A stretch of 64,000 nucleotides of DNA, from contig JBJKYM010000021.1 in the NCBI GenBank assembly GCA_045561025.1, positions 4,312-68,311 of the forward strand. The letters are read 5' to 3'. A program made the translations under genes and the position numbers. The notes beneath the pieces are model-generated. The model saw only the letters and a list, made by a program, of their open reading frames with translations. It was not told where the DNA came from and ran no database searches. This DNA comes from Candidatus Rariloculaceae bacterium (GTDB lineage Bacteria > Pseudomonadota > Gammaproteobacteria > Steroidobacterales > Rariloculaceae). Positions 9,875 through 19,409 of the stretch are shown here, piece after piece (position 1 is the first letter of the stretch; each line of letters opens with the position of its first letter).

Positions 9875-10949
9875 TCGTGACCCCGTTAAGGCATTACAGA
9901 TCGGTTTTCTTGCACTGCTGCTGGTTTGTATCGCGCAGGTCGCATGGTGGACGACCGAGTCGGTGAGCTATACGCGAACCATGAGCTCAAGAGTAGCCGG
10001 GCTCTACGAAGCCGACGCCCGAGCGGTGGTCGCGGTTTATTCCAACACCCCCGAAGCACTCGAGGAGCTGCTGCCGCATCTCGACATCTCGCCGAGCGAC
10101 GGTACCGCCTCGGTCAATGCGGCCGTCTCGGCGGTACTCGAGAACGAAGCCTCATCTCGCATCAATCGTCATGCATGGGAGGGAGGTTTCTTCGTACTCG
10201 TATTACTCGGCGGCCTGACTGTTCTGACGCGAACGATTCGTCACGACGCCGAATTACGCGCCCGTCAGCAGAATTTCCTCGCTGCCGTATCGCACGAGTT
10301 CAAGAGCCCGCTCGCAAGCATGCGGCTCTCGGCCGAGACATTGTTAATGCGCGTAAGCGATGAAGACAGCCAACGCCTCGGCAATCGGATACTGGACGAC
10401 GGCGAACGCCTGTTACGCATGGTCGACAATCTTCTCGACACAACCCGTCTCGAGGAAGGTCGCGTCCAGCTCAACCCCGAAATCATGCGGCTTCATCCGC
10501 TTGCCCAGGCCTGTGCCGAGGAGCTGACAGATCGCGCCGCACATAACAACATTGAGCTAACCGTCGATGTACCGGAACGGCTGGCGATACATGCCGACCG
10601 CACCACGCTGGAGACTGTATTGCGCAACCTGCTCGACAATGCCGTCAAAGCCTGTGTCGCCGGCAAGGGTCAGCATATCGAGTTGCGTGCCAAACAGGCC
10701 GACGATCGTGTCGAATTTTCTGTCAGCGACGATGGCCTCGGGTTCCCGCCCGAGGATGCCAGCATGATTTTCGAGAAGTTCTACCGGCTCGGCGACGAGC
10801 TGCGACGCTCGACTCCCGGGACCGGACTCGGTCTGTACATCGTCCGTCGTCTGGTCGAGCTTTCCGATGCTCGTATCTCCGCCGAGAGCGAAGGTCCGGG
10901 CAGGGGCGCGACCGTCACGGTTTCATGGCCTGAGGCGAAGACCGCATGA
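9864..10949 (+). CDS. Sensor histidine kinase (2 TM, HisKA + HATPase)
   Basis: AVSHEFKSPL H-box, NLLDNAVK, DDGLG, IFEKFYR, GTGLGL; overlaps the end of hemL. Confidence 0.95.
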   Translation: MILNRDPVKALQIGFLALLLVCIAQVAWWTTESVSYTRTMSSRVAGLYEADARAVVAVYSNTPEALEELLPHLDISPSDGTASVNAAVSAVLENEASSRINRHAWEGGFFVLVLLGGLTVLTRTIRHDAELRARQQNFLAAVSHEFKSPLASMRLSAETLLMRVSDEDSQRLGNRILDDGERLLRMVDNLLDTTRLEEGRVQLNPEIMRLHPLAQACAEELTDRAAHNNIELTVDVPERLAIHADRTTLETVLRNLLDNAVKACVAGKGQHIELRAKQADDRVEFSVSDDGLGFPPEDASMIFEKFYRLGDELRRSTPGTGLGLYIVRRLVELSDARISAESEGPGRGATVTVSWPEAKTA

Positions 10950-11656
10950 GTCGGGATGCCGCTCGCATACTCGTCGTTGACGACGAAGAGCATCTCGCGG
11001 AGGGCATTCGCGAGAACCTCGTGGCCGAGGGCTACGAGACCGAAGTCGCGCATGACGGGGAGCGAGGTCTCGCGATGATTCGCAAGAGCGCCTACGACCT
11101 GATTCTGCTCGACGTCATGATGCCCAAGCTCGACGGCCTGAAGGTCTGCGAAGAAATACGTGCCGATGGCCTGCAGACACCCGTGCTGTTTTTGACCGTC
11201 AAGAGCGAGCCGGCCGATCGTATCCGTGGGCTCGAGGCGGGCGGTGACGACTACCTCGGCAAACCATTTCACCTCAAGGAACTGCTGCTTCGCGTCTCCG
11301 CTATTCTGCGTCGCAGCGACTGGTACAACGAGAGCAACGCAAACCTAAGCTTCGGTGGCAACGAGATCGACTTCAAGACCTACCACGCGCGCGCCTGGGA
11401 CGGCAGCGAACACGCGCTGACCCACAAGGAGGCGATGATACTGAAGGTCCTCGCCGAACAGCTTGGAGCGATCGTGCCGCGCGAAGAGATACTCGACAAA
11501 GTCTGGGGCTACGAAGTCTTCCCTTCCACCCGCACGATCGACAATTTCATCGTGCGTCTACGTCGCCGCTTCGAACGCAATCCCGAAGCGCCCGAATATT
11601 TTCACACTGTCCGTGGGGTCGGCTATCGCTTTACCCAGGAACCGGATGCCAACTGA
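10946..11656 (+). CDS. OmpR/PhoB family response regulator
   Basis: LVVDDE, LDVMMP, KPF, TRTIDNFIVRLR, TVRGVGY; ATGA overlap with the kinase. Confidence 0.96.
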   Translation: MSRDAARILVVDDEEHLAEGIRENLVAEGYETEVAHDGERGLAMIRKSAYDLILLDVMMPKLDGLKVCEEIRADGLQTPVLFLTVKSEPADRIRGLEAGGDDYLGKPFHLKELLLRVSAILRRSDWYNESNANLSFGGNEIDFKTYHARAWDGSEHALTHKEAMILKVLAEQLGAIVPREEILDKVWGYEVFPSTRTIDNFIVRLRRRFERNPEAPEYFHTVRGVGYRFTQEPDAN

Positions 11657-11670
11657 AAGAGATAGATCCC

Positions 11671-12720
11671 TTGAAAAAACTTCTGCTGGAAACAATCGAA
11701 CGAAAACCAACTGCGCGCCGCCCTTTGTGGATCATGCGTCAGGCCGGCCGCTACCTGCCTGAGTACCGTGAGCTGCGCAAGAAGCATTCGTTTAAGGAAT
11801 TGTCGGGCTCCGCGGATCTAGCGACCGAAGTAACGCTGATGCCGATCAAGCGCTTCCCACTCGATGGCGCGATCGTCTTCGCGGACATCATGAGTCCGCT
11901 ACCTGCAATCGGTGTGGATTTCGATTTCGATCCGGGCCCGGTGGTCGAGAATCCGATTCGCGATCAGGCGGGTGTGGATGCGCTGCATCACGCCAACGCG
12001 GAGGAAATCGCGCCTGAAGTAATGACTGCTTTGCAACAGGTGCGTGCAGAACTGCCCGATGAGACTGCGCTGCTCGGTTTCTGTGGCGCACCGTGGACAC
12101 TGGCCGCCTATCTCGTAGAAGGCCGCGGCGCAAAGGACTTTCCGACACTGCGGGCATTCGCCGCCGCTCAACCCGCAGCCCTCGACAGTCTGCTTGGGAA
12201 GCTCTCCGACCTGATGGTTCACTACCTGATTAACCAGGCACGCGCAGGAGCAGACGCGGTGCAGATCTTCGACTCCTGGGCTGGCGTCCTGTCGCTGGCG
12301 GATTGGAACCGACTGATTCGGCCGCATCTGCACGCGCTACTGGAGGCCGTGGGTAGTGCCGGCGTCCCCCGCATACTGTTTCTGCAGAATGCGCCTCATC
12401 TTATCGATGCTTACGCGAGTCTCCCCGCCGAAGTTCTCGCCGTGGACTGGCGCTGCGATTTGCCGGAGCTGCAGAACCGCTATCGGGACCGTCTCGCCAT
12501 ACAGGGCAATATCGATCCCGCGATACTTCTGGGCGGTGCCGAGCCAACGCACGCTGCCGCACGAGAGCTGTTGGAGCGCGTCGATGCCACCGGTCATATC
12601 GTCAATCTCGGCCACGGCATACTTCCAGGCACGCCGATAGCCAGCGTAGAGGCACTGGTCGAGGCTGTGCACAACGAGTCGGAGCTGACGCAACACCAAC
12701 CTACTTTGAGCGGAGCGTGA
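11671..12720 (+). CDS. hemE: Uroporphyrinogen decarboxylase
   Basis: WIMRQAGRYLPEYR, FADI, GAPWTLAAY, QIFDSWAG, QGNIDP, NLGHGI. Confidence 0.97.
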   Translation: MKKLLLETIERKPTARRPLWIMRQAGRYLPEYRELRKKHSFKELSGSADLATEVTLMPIKRFPLDGAIVFADIMSPLPAIGVDFDFDPGPVVENPIRDQAGVDALHHANAEEIAPEVMTALQQVRAELPDETALLGFCGAPWTLAAYLVEGRGAKDFPTLRAFAAAQPAALDSLLGKLSDLMVHYLINQARAGADAVQIFDSWAGVLSLADWNRLIRPHLHALLEAVGSAGVPRILFLQNAPHLIDAYASLPAEVLAVDWRCDLPELQNRYRDRLAIQGNIDPAILLGGAEPTHAAARELLERVDATGHIVNLGHGILPGTPIASVEALVEAVHNESELTQHQPTLSGA

Positions 12721-12721
12721 G

Positions 12722-13441
12722 ATGAGCGAAACGCAATCCGAAGGCCTGGACCTCAGCGAGAAGGGTCTTAAGAACGGCGAACAGATCTCGCTTGATCGAC
12801 GACTGTTCATGAAATTTACGGCGTTCACCGGCTGCACGGATAACGGCGTGGCTGCTGCCGAAGCGTTGTCGAATGCGGGCGTCGTCGGCGCACTCTATGT
12901 CGATGCGAACGACCCGGAGGGGCTGGGGCTGGTCGTCCTGAGCGAAGACCCAGACTACTTCGTCGACACGTTGCGAAATCTGTTCAACGCGGCGCCATTC
13001 GCTGAGCTGACGCACAAACCCGAGTTCGACATGCTCGGTCGGACCTACTCCATCGGCTACGAGCCCGATCTGGAGGACGCGCTGTTCGTCAAGCCGCGAA
13101 GCAAGACGCTGAACCCCGAATTTTCATGGGCAGTCTGGTATCCATTGCAGCGCGCGAAGTCGTTTCAACGTCTGCCCGAGGCTAAGCAACGGCAGATACT
13201 AGGCGAACACGGGACGCTGGCCAAGCGCTACGGATTTGCCGGACTCGCCGCCGACGTCCGACTCGCCTGTCATGGTCTGGACAAGAACGACAACGATTTC
13301 ATTATCGGGCTACTCGGTCCGAATCTCTTTCCGCTGTCTGCCGTCGTCCAGGAGATGCGCAAGACGGAGCAGACGGCGCAGTACCTCGATAGCCTCGGAC
13401 CCTTCTTCGTCGGCAAGGTCGCCTGGCAGAGCCCCGGATAG
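12722..13441 (+). CDS. hemQ: Chlorite dismutase superfamily protein, probable coproheme decarboxylase (ChdC/HemQ)
   Basis: WYPLQR..F..LP...QRQILGEHG (YP motif and proximal His), C-terminal GPFFVG; lies between hemE and the ferrochelatase; no export signal. Confidence 0.78.
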   Translation: MSETQSEGLDLSEKGLKNGEQISLDRRLFMKFTAFTGCTDNGVAAAEALSNAGVVGALYVDANDPEGLGLVVLSEDPDYFVDTLRNLFNAAPFAELTHKPEFDMLGRTYSIGYEPDLEDALFVKPRSKTLNPEFSWAVWYPLQRAKSFQRLPEAKQRQILGEHGTLAKRYGFAGLAADVRLACHGLDKNDNDFIIGLLGPNLFPLSAVVQEMRKTEQTAQYLDSLGPFFVGKVAWQSPG

Positions 13442-13449
13442 ATAGCAGC

Positions 13450-14499
13450 ATGTCCGAGCAGGAATATGACGCGATACTGATCATCTCGTTCGGAGGACCG
13501 GAAGGTCCGGACGATGTGATGCCGTTTCTCGACAACGTTCTCGCGGGCCTGAAGATCCCGCCCCCGGTAAAGGAGCGAATTGCGAAGCGCTACGATCAAT
13601 TCGGTGGAGTTAGCCCGATCAACGGCGAGACCCGAGCGTTCATAGCCGCCCTCGAATCCGACCTGAAGGAAAACGGCATCGAGCTTCCACTGTACTGGGG
13701 GAACCGCAACTGGCATCCGTTTCTTACCAAGACGCTGGCGCAGATGGAAGCCGACGGCGTACGTCGAGCAATTGCACATGTAACGAGCACGTTCAGCTCC
13801 TATAGCGGATGTCGCAAGTACCGCGAAGATCTGTACGCGGCTACCGCTGACCTTGCCAACGCGCCGGTCATCGACAAGCTGCGGCTCGGATTCAATCATC
13901 CTGGATTCATCACCGCGGTAATGGACAGAACGGACTCGGCGCTCGAGCAGCTGCCCGATGACAGTCGCGACGACGCAATGCTGTTATTCACGGCGCACAG
14001 CCTGCCCGAGTCGATGGCCACGCATGCCGCGTACGAGACACAGCTACGCGACGCCTGCACACTGGTCGCGGCCGGGCTCGAGCATGCGCAGTGGGATCTC
14101 GTCTATCAAAGCAACAACGCGTCCTACGGCGAGCCCTGGCTCGAACCGGACATCAGCGAGGCGCTGGAGCAGACCGCAAAGAGCGGCACAAAAGATGTCA
14201 TCGTCGTGCCCATCGGCTTCGTCTGCGACCATATGGAAGTCATACTCGATCTCGACATCGAAGCGCGTGCAGCGGCCGAGGAAGCCGGCATCAATATGAT
14301 TCGTGCCGCGACCGTCGGCACCCACCCGGCCTACGTCGCGATGGTGCGCGAGCTCATCGAGGAGCGGCTCCATCCGGAGAAGGAACGCCTTAGCCTCGGC
14401 GGCCTTGGTCCGAGCCACGATGTCTGTCCGGCGAACTGCTGCCTCTCCGGCCGACCCGGCGATCCCAAACCCGCGCTCTGCGGAGTTGATGGCGCCTGA
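13450..14499 (+). CDS. hemH: Ferrochelatase, actinobacterial type (probable coproporphyrin ferrochelatase CpfC)
   Basis: SFGGPEG, FGGVSPIN, WGNRNWHPF, SYSGCRKYRED, FTAHSLP, WLEPD, GFVCDHMEV..DLD; C-terminal GPSHDVCPANCC. Confidence 0.95.
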   Translation: MSEQEYDAILIISFGGPEGPDDVMPFLDNVLAGLKIPPPVKERIAKRYDQFGGVSPINGETRAFIAALESDLKENGIELPLYWGNRNWHPFLTKTLAQMEADGVRRAIAHVTSTFSSYSGCRKYREDLYAATADLANAPVIDKLRLGFNHPGFITAVMDRTDSALEQLPDDSRDDAMLLFTAHSLPESMATHAAYETQLRDACTLVAAGLEHAQWDLVYQSNNASYGEPWLEPDISEALEQTAKSGTKDVIVVPIGFVCDHMEVILDLDIEARAAAEEAGINMIRAATVGTHPAYVAMVRELIEERLHPEKERLSLGGLGPSHDVCPANCCLSGRPGDPKPALCGVDGA

Positions 14500-14501
14500 A
14501 G

Positions 14502-15866
14502 TTGACTGAGGTATTCGAACACGACGTGATCGTCATCGGCGCGGGGCTAGCGGGCCTCAGCGCTGCACTGAAACTGCAGCAGGCCGGTGTCGATGCAGTC
14601 GTTCTTGAAGCGCAGGATCGCGTCGGCGGCCGCGTTCATTCAATGCGTCAGCTCGGCAGCAACAAAGAGGCCGGCGGCACATATATTGGCGCCGGCTATA
14701 CGCGAATTATCGGCGCGGCCGAGCGTTACGGTGTAGATCTTATCGACGTGACACCGATGCTGAAGTTCTTCCGCGAACAGGAGCTCGTGCTGGATGGCGA
14801 GATCATTCGCCAGGCCGATTGGCCGGATCATCCGGCGAATCTATTCAGCGGCGATGACCGCGAGATCATGCCCTGGGCCTACCATCGCCTGCTTACGGTC
14901 AGGGAGAATCCGCTTAGCGAACCCGGTGACTGGCTGAGCGACGATGCCGCGAAGCACGACGTCTCGGCATACGACTGGCTCAAGTCTATCGGCTTCAGCG
15001 ACGACGCGGTTCAGCTGGCTTACGGTATGAACGTCAGCTTCGGAGAGAACGCGCACGACGTGTCGGCGCTATTGTTATTTTTTCGCGCAGCGTTCTCCGT
15101 CGCTCAGCGAAAGCTGGCGCCTGAAGGTGTTGTCGGCTACACGGCCAGAAATGGCGTCGCCCGAATTCCCGAGGCGATGGCCGAGGCACTCACACGGCCG
15201 GCGCAACTCGGCAAGGTCGTCACCGCGATAGACGGCCAGCAGCAGCAAGCAGAAGTACATTGCACGGATGGCAGCCGTTACCGGGCGCCGCATGTTATCT
15301 GCTCGCTTCCCTTCAGCGTTCTGCGCGATATCGACATCAACCCGAAACTGCAGGGACAGCAGGCCGAGGCCGTCAGTACGCTGCCTTCGCAGGCGATGAC
15401 GCAGGTTTATCTGGCGCATAAATCCAACTTCTGGGAAGCCGACGGCTATACGCCAAGTCTGTTCACCGACGGTATTGCCGGAATGGTCGCGGGCGCACGC
15501 AACGGCGAAGATCCCGAAGAGGTTACGAGTTTCACATCGTGGACACTCGGCCCGAACGCGAGTCTGCTCGACACGCTGTCACCAGAGGACGCGGGCCGGC
15601 GCGTAATCGAAGCCATAGAATCCGCGCGTCCGGCCGCCAAAGGGCAGCTCGAGTTTTTAGGGATTCAGTCCTGGGGAAGCGACGCATTCGCGCGCGGCGG
15701 ATGGGCTTACTTCCGGCCCGGTGAAATCCAACGATTCGCAAGCTGTATGGGCGACCCGCACGGCCAGATTCGCTTCTGCGGAGAGCACCTCGCCCAAACG
15801 AGTCGCGGCATGGAAGGCGCGATGGAGTCGGGCGAGCGCGCCGCCGCAGAGATTCTTTCACTGTAG
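14502..15866 (+). CDS. FAD-dependent flavin monoamine oxidase family protein
   Basis: IGAGLAGL...EAQDRVGGR, EAGG, C-terminal FCGEH...GMEGAMESGERAA; starts 2 nt after the hemH stop. Confidence 0.9.
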   Translation: MTEVFEHDVIVIGAGLAGLSAALKLQQAGVDAVVLEAQDRVGGRVHSMRQLGSNKEAGGTYIGAGYTRIIGAAERYGVDLIDVTPMLKFFREQELVLDGEIIRQADWPDHPANLFSGDDREIMPWAYHRLLTVRENPLSEPGDWLSDDAAKHDVSAYDWLKSIGFSDDAVQLAYGMNVSFGENAHDVSALLLFFRAAFSVAQRKLAPEGVVGYTARNGVARIPEAMAEALTRPAQLGKVVTAIDGQQQQAEVHCTDGSRYRAPHVICSLPFSVLRDIDINPKLQGQQAEAVSTLPSQAMTQVYLAHKSNFWEADGYTPSLFTDGIAGMVAGARNGEDPEEVTSFTSWTLGPNASLLDTLSPEDAGRRVIEAIESARPAAKGQLEFLGIQSWGSDAFARGGWAYFRPGEIQRFASCMGDPHGQIRFCGEHLAQTSRGMEGAMESGERAAAEILSL

Positions 15867-15887
15867 GAGCGACGGCCTCGTCGCGAT
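15862..15887 (+). repeat. GTAG-family REP element
   Basis: TGTAGGAGCGACGGCCTCGTCGCGAT, with an identical copy at 20506-20531; GTAG followed by an imperfect palindrome. Confidence 0.8.
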
Positions 15888-15888
15888 T

Positions 15889-15907
15889 CTTATTCCGATC
15901 GGCTATA
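15889..15907. promoter_or_regulatory. Putative CysB-binding site upstream of cysH
   Basis: Reverse complement TATAGCCGATCGGAATAAG matches TATACCCACCCGGAATATG (17849-17867) at 14/19 positions. Confidence 0.55.
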
Positions 15908-15966
15908 CGCGCATAAGAACTTAAACGTTCACTGCGTAAACGTTTCGCCCTACCTTACGCGTCCCG

Positions 15967-16692
15967 ATGAACAGGATCACCGCGATGGATCGCACAACCG
16001 ATCTTGCGAACTACAACAGCAGGTTCGCGAGACTCACAGCACCGCAACGGATCGAGTGGGCGCTCGACAATCTGCCGGGCAGTCATGTCTTGAGTTCGAG
16101 CTTCGGCGCACAAGCGGCCGTATCACTACATCTCGTGGTACAGGCACAACCTGAGATTCCCGTTGTACTGGTCGACACCGGTTACCTGTTTCCCGAGACC
16201 TATCGTTTTATCGACGATCTGACGGAACAGCTGAAGCTCAACCTGCATGTCTATCGCAGCAATATGTCGCCGGCGTGGCAGGAAGCCCGCTTCGGACAAC
16301 GCTGGGACAAGGGTCTTGAGGGACTCGAGGATTACAACAACCACAACAAGGTCGAACCGATGCGCCGCGCGCTGCGTGAGCTGAAAGCCGGAACCTGGTT
16401 TGCCGGGCTACGCCGCGGCCAGGCGAAGACACGCGCCGAGATTCCTTTTCTCGATCTGGCCGGAGAACGCTGGAAGGTGCACGCCATAGCGGACTGGAGC
16501 GACCGCGATGTACATCGTTATCTGGTCAAGAACAATTTGCCGTATCACCCGCTATGGGACGAAGGCTATGTGTCTATCGGTGACAGCCATAGTACGAGAT
16601 CGATATACGACGCCGGCGAAGCGGAGCTAACGCGCTTCAACGGCTTGAAGCGCGAGTGTGGATTACACGAGATCGATCTCGCTACGTTGTAG
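15967..16692 (+). CDS. cysH: Phosphoadenylyl-sulfate (PAPS) reductase
   Basis: [38 protein letters not shown]; lacks the CC/CxxC Fe-S ligands of APS reductases. Confidence 0.96.
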   Translation: MNRITAMDRTTDLANYNSRFARLTAPQRIEWALDNLPGSHVLSSSFGAQAAVSLHLVVQAQPEIPVVLVDTGYLFPETYRFIDDLTEQLKLNLHVYRSNMSPAWQEARFGQRWDKGLEGLEDYNNHNKVEPMRRALRELKAGTWFAGLRRGQAKTRAEIPFLDLAGERWKVHAIADWSDRDVHRYLVKNNLPYHPLWDEGYVSIGDSHSTRSIYDAGEAELTRFNGLKRECGLHEIDLATL

Positions 16693-16696
16693 CGAG

Positions 16697-17707
16697 CTAC
16701 GCAGCGGCGGCTTCGTCGTCTTCACAGCCGCCGCGAACGGGCAGGCTTAGATCCTTCAACAACTCGTCCACCTCTTCCTGGGTCTCCAACGCGGCCGCAT
16801 CGGTAATAAGCCGCGGGTCATAGTGCGGCGCGAACAGGTTGATAAAGTCGACCATATAACGTCGCAGCACAATATCCTTCGGGAACCCGAGCCAGGTGGT
16901 CACCTGCTGAAACAGTCCCTTCGCTTCAATCGCGGTTAAATCGTCCTGGTCCCCGCACTCGTATGCCATCGACGCCAGTACGCCGACACCGGTACCCATA
17001 CGTACGTAGGTTTTTATGATGTCGGCATCACGGGCGGTAAATGCAACGCGGGGCTCCAGACCTTCTTCCTGGAAGGCACGCTTGAACGAGGACTCGCCGG
17101 TCAGACTGAATACATAGGTCACGAGCGGATAAGCCGAGAGCATCTTCAGATCGATGGGCTTCGTCTCCTTGGCCAGCGGATGGTCGTTCGGCACCAGCGC
17201 GATCCGATTCCAGTGATAGATCGGCAGGAGCGTGAGATTCGAAAACAGCTTCGGCGAACCGGAGGCAATCGCGAAGTCCACCTGGTGCGAAGCCACAAGC
17301 TCCGCGATCTGCTCGGAGGTACCCTGATGCAGTTCGAGATCGACGTTCGGGTAATGCTCGCTGAATTCACGAATAGCACTCGGAAGCACATAGCGTGCCT
17401 GCGTGTGGGTCGTCGCGATCGACAGCGTACCTTCCTGCTCTCCCGTGAGATCGCGGGCGAGACTGGTAATGTTCTCGACCTCGCGGACGATCTTGCGGGC
17501 TCGATCGATGACCTCGCTACCGGCGGGCGTAATAGCCGCGAGGCTCTTGCCCTTGCGCGTAAAGAGCTGCATGCCGAGCTCGGCCTCGAGTTGCTTGAGC
17601 TGCTTACTGATGCCGGGCTGGCTGGTATAGAGGCGTTCGGCCGCAGCCGTGATATTCAGGCCACTGTCGACGATACCAAGCAGATACTTGAGTTGTTTCA
17701 GAGTCAT
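16697..17707 (-). CDS. cysB: LysR-family sulfur regulator CysB
   Basis: LNITAAAERLYTSQPGISKQ, IATTHTQARYVLP, LHQG, PLVTY, DADIIKTYVRMG. Confidence 0.96.
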   Translation of the reverse strand: MTLKQLKYLLGIVDSGLNITAAAERLYTSQPGISKQLKQLEAELGMQLFTRKGKSLAAITPAGSEVIDRARKIVREVENITSLARDLTGEQEGTLSIATTHTQARYVLPSAIREFSEHYPNVDLELHQGTSEQIAELVASHQVDFAIASGSPKLFSNLTLLPIYHWNRIALVPNDHPLAKETKPIDLKMLSAYPLVTYVFSLTGESSFKRAFQEEGLEPRVAFTARDADIIKTYVRMGTGVGVLASMAYECGDQDDLTAIEAKGLFQQVTTWLGFPKDIVLRRYMVDFINLFAPHYDPRLITDAAALETQEEVDELLKDLSLPVRGGCEDDEAAAA

Positions 17708-17784
17708 GAGTCCGTCCGTCTCCTAGCCAGCAACCAGACAAAAACGCCGCTTCCTTCGGCGGAACCGGCTGCTGAGTAAGGCCA

Positions 17785-17867
17785 TATAACCATTGGTTAC
17801 AAGGGCTGTCAACCGCGAAAGATCGCCGCTATTCAAGCCCTTAGCGTTTATACCCACCCGGAATATG
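17785..17867. promoter_or_regulatory. Putative CysB boxes in the cysB/cysG divergent promoter
   Basis: TATAACCATTGGTTACAAG (17785-17803) and TATACCCACCCGGAATATG (17849-17867), both similar to the site before cysH. Confidence 0.5.
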
Positions 17868-17972
17868 ACCAGAAAGAGATCGTCTTGTTCCCTTCCGTCG
17901 GGCGGCGTTATCGTTGCGATCGCCGTCGTTGGTACCAACATGCCTCGCGGACCCGTTTCGAAAAGAATGACC

Positions 17973-19409
17973 ATGGACCACTTACCAATATTCGTACAAC
18001 TCAAGGATCGACCCTGTCTCGTCGTCGGTGGCGGCAGCGTGGCCGAGCGCAAGGTGCGCGAACTCGTCGAGGCGGGCGCGAGTGTGACCGTCGTCAGCCC
18101 GGCGGCAACAGCCGGTCTCCAGGGACTCGCTGACGACGGGACGATCACGCTGCGACGCGATGAATTCCGTGAGAAGGACCTCGATCAGCGCTGGCTTGTC
18201 GTCGCCGCGACCAATGACCGCAGCCTCAACAACCGAATCGCACTCGCGGCCGAACGCAGGCAGTGTTTCTGCAACGTCGTCGACGACACGGATCTGTGCT
18301 CGTTCATCAACCCCGCAGTCGTCAATCGCTCTCCGATCACCGTAGCGATATCGAGCAGCGGTCAATCACCGGTACTCGCTCGCTGGGTCAAAGGTCTGAT
18401 CGAATCGCTGCTACCGCTGCGGCTCGGAAATCTCGCGGCACTGGCCGGACGCTGGCGGCAACGCGTTGCTGAATCCATCCCGGACCTCGATCAGCGCCGG
18501 CGTTTCTGGGAAACCGTTCTTTCCGGCTCACTACCAGAACAGAGTTACGCAGGCGATGACCGACAGGCGGAGGTAACACTCGAACAGGCGCTTGGCAATT
18601 GGCGCGAGCAAACGGAAAATCACGCGGGCGAGGCCTACATCGTCGGCGCGGGCCCGGGCAGCGCGGACCTGATCACACTGCGTGGCAAGCAGTTGCTGAG
18701 CCAGGCCGAGGTCGTACTTTACGACCGCCTGGCCGGGAAGGACGTGCTCGAGTTCGCGCGCCGTGATGCCGAACTGATCGCCGTCGGTAAACAACCGGGG
18801 CAGCCTTCGATCACGCAGGAACAGATCAACCGCTTACTCGTTCAACTCGTGAGTCGCGGCAAGCGCGTTTGCCGGCTCAAGGGCGGCGACCCGATGATCT
18901 TCGGTCGGGGCGGCGAGGAACTGGAAGCCCTGACCGATGCCGGTCTGCCGTTTCAGGTCGTACCCGGCGTATCGGCGGTCGCGGGCTGTGCAGCCTACGC
19001 CGGTATCCCGTTGACGTTACGCGGCGTTTCACGCTCGGTCGTTCTAACGACAGGGCATATAAAGAATTCTGCCCGCTTCAACCTGGGCCCGCTCCGAGCC
19101 GACGAAACGCTCGCGCTCTATATGGGCGTCGCCCAGTACGACAGGATCGCTGAGCAGCTAATCGACAACGGCAGCGATCCGGATACGCCGGTCGCGGTAA
19201 TTGAAAGCGGTACGACGAAGGCACAACGCGTCATCAGCACGGTTCTTAGCGAGCTGCCCGACGCGGCACGTGATCTCGAAATCACACCACCGGCTCTGCT
19301 ACTCGTAGGCGAAACCACAAAGCTCGCGGAACGCTACGCCTGGTTTGCTCCCGAGGCGCTTGTCCTATATAAGAACAAAACGAATAAGCGCCTGGCGCAA
19401 GTCAGCTAA
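17973..19409 (+). CDS. cysG: Siroheme synthase
   Basis: MDHLPIF start; VGGGSVAERK, NVVD, ISSSGQSPVLAR, VGAGPG, RLKGGDPMIFGRGGEE, YAGIPLT. Confidence 0.97.
   Translation: MDHLPIFVQLKDRPCLVVGGGSVAERKVRELVEAGASVTVVSPAATAGLQGLADDGTITLRRDEFREKDLDQRWLVVAATNDRSLNNRIALAAERRQCFCNVVDDTDLCSFINPAVVNRSPITVAISSSGQSPVLARWVKGLIESLLPLRLGNLAALAGRWRQRVAESIPDLDQRRRFWETVLSGSLPEQSYAGDDRQAEVTLEQALGNWREQTENHAGEAYIVGAGPGSADLITLRGKQLLSQAEVVLYDRLAGKDVLEFARRDAELIAVGKQPGQPSITQEQINRLLVQLVSRGKRVCRLKGGDPMIFGRGGEELEALTDAGLPFQVVPGVSAVAGCAAYAGIPLTLRGVSRSVVLTTGHIKNSARFNLGPLRADETLALYMGVAQYDRIAEQLIDNGSDPDTPVAVIESGTTKAQRVISTVLSELPDAARDLEITPPALLLVGETTKLAERYAWFAPEALVLYKNKTNKRLAQVS

Noticed and set aside
12722-13441. True chlorite dismutase (perchlorate respiration)
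   Set aside because: YP rather than IP motif, no export signal, and located inside the hem operon.
14502-15866. Naming this gene hemY/hemG
   Set aside because: Motifs are monoamine-oxidase-like; the role is kept only as a hypothesis.
17793-17972. N-terminal extensions from the ORF caller (cysG 17793, hemD 6694, 48814, 46471)
   Set aside because: They overlap promoters or upstream genes; family-typical starts lie downstream.
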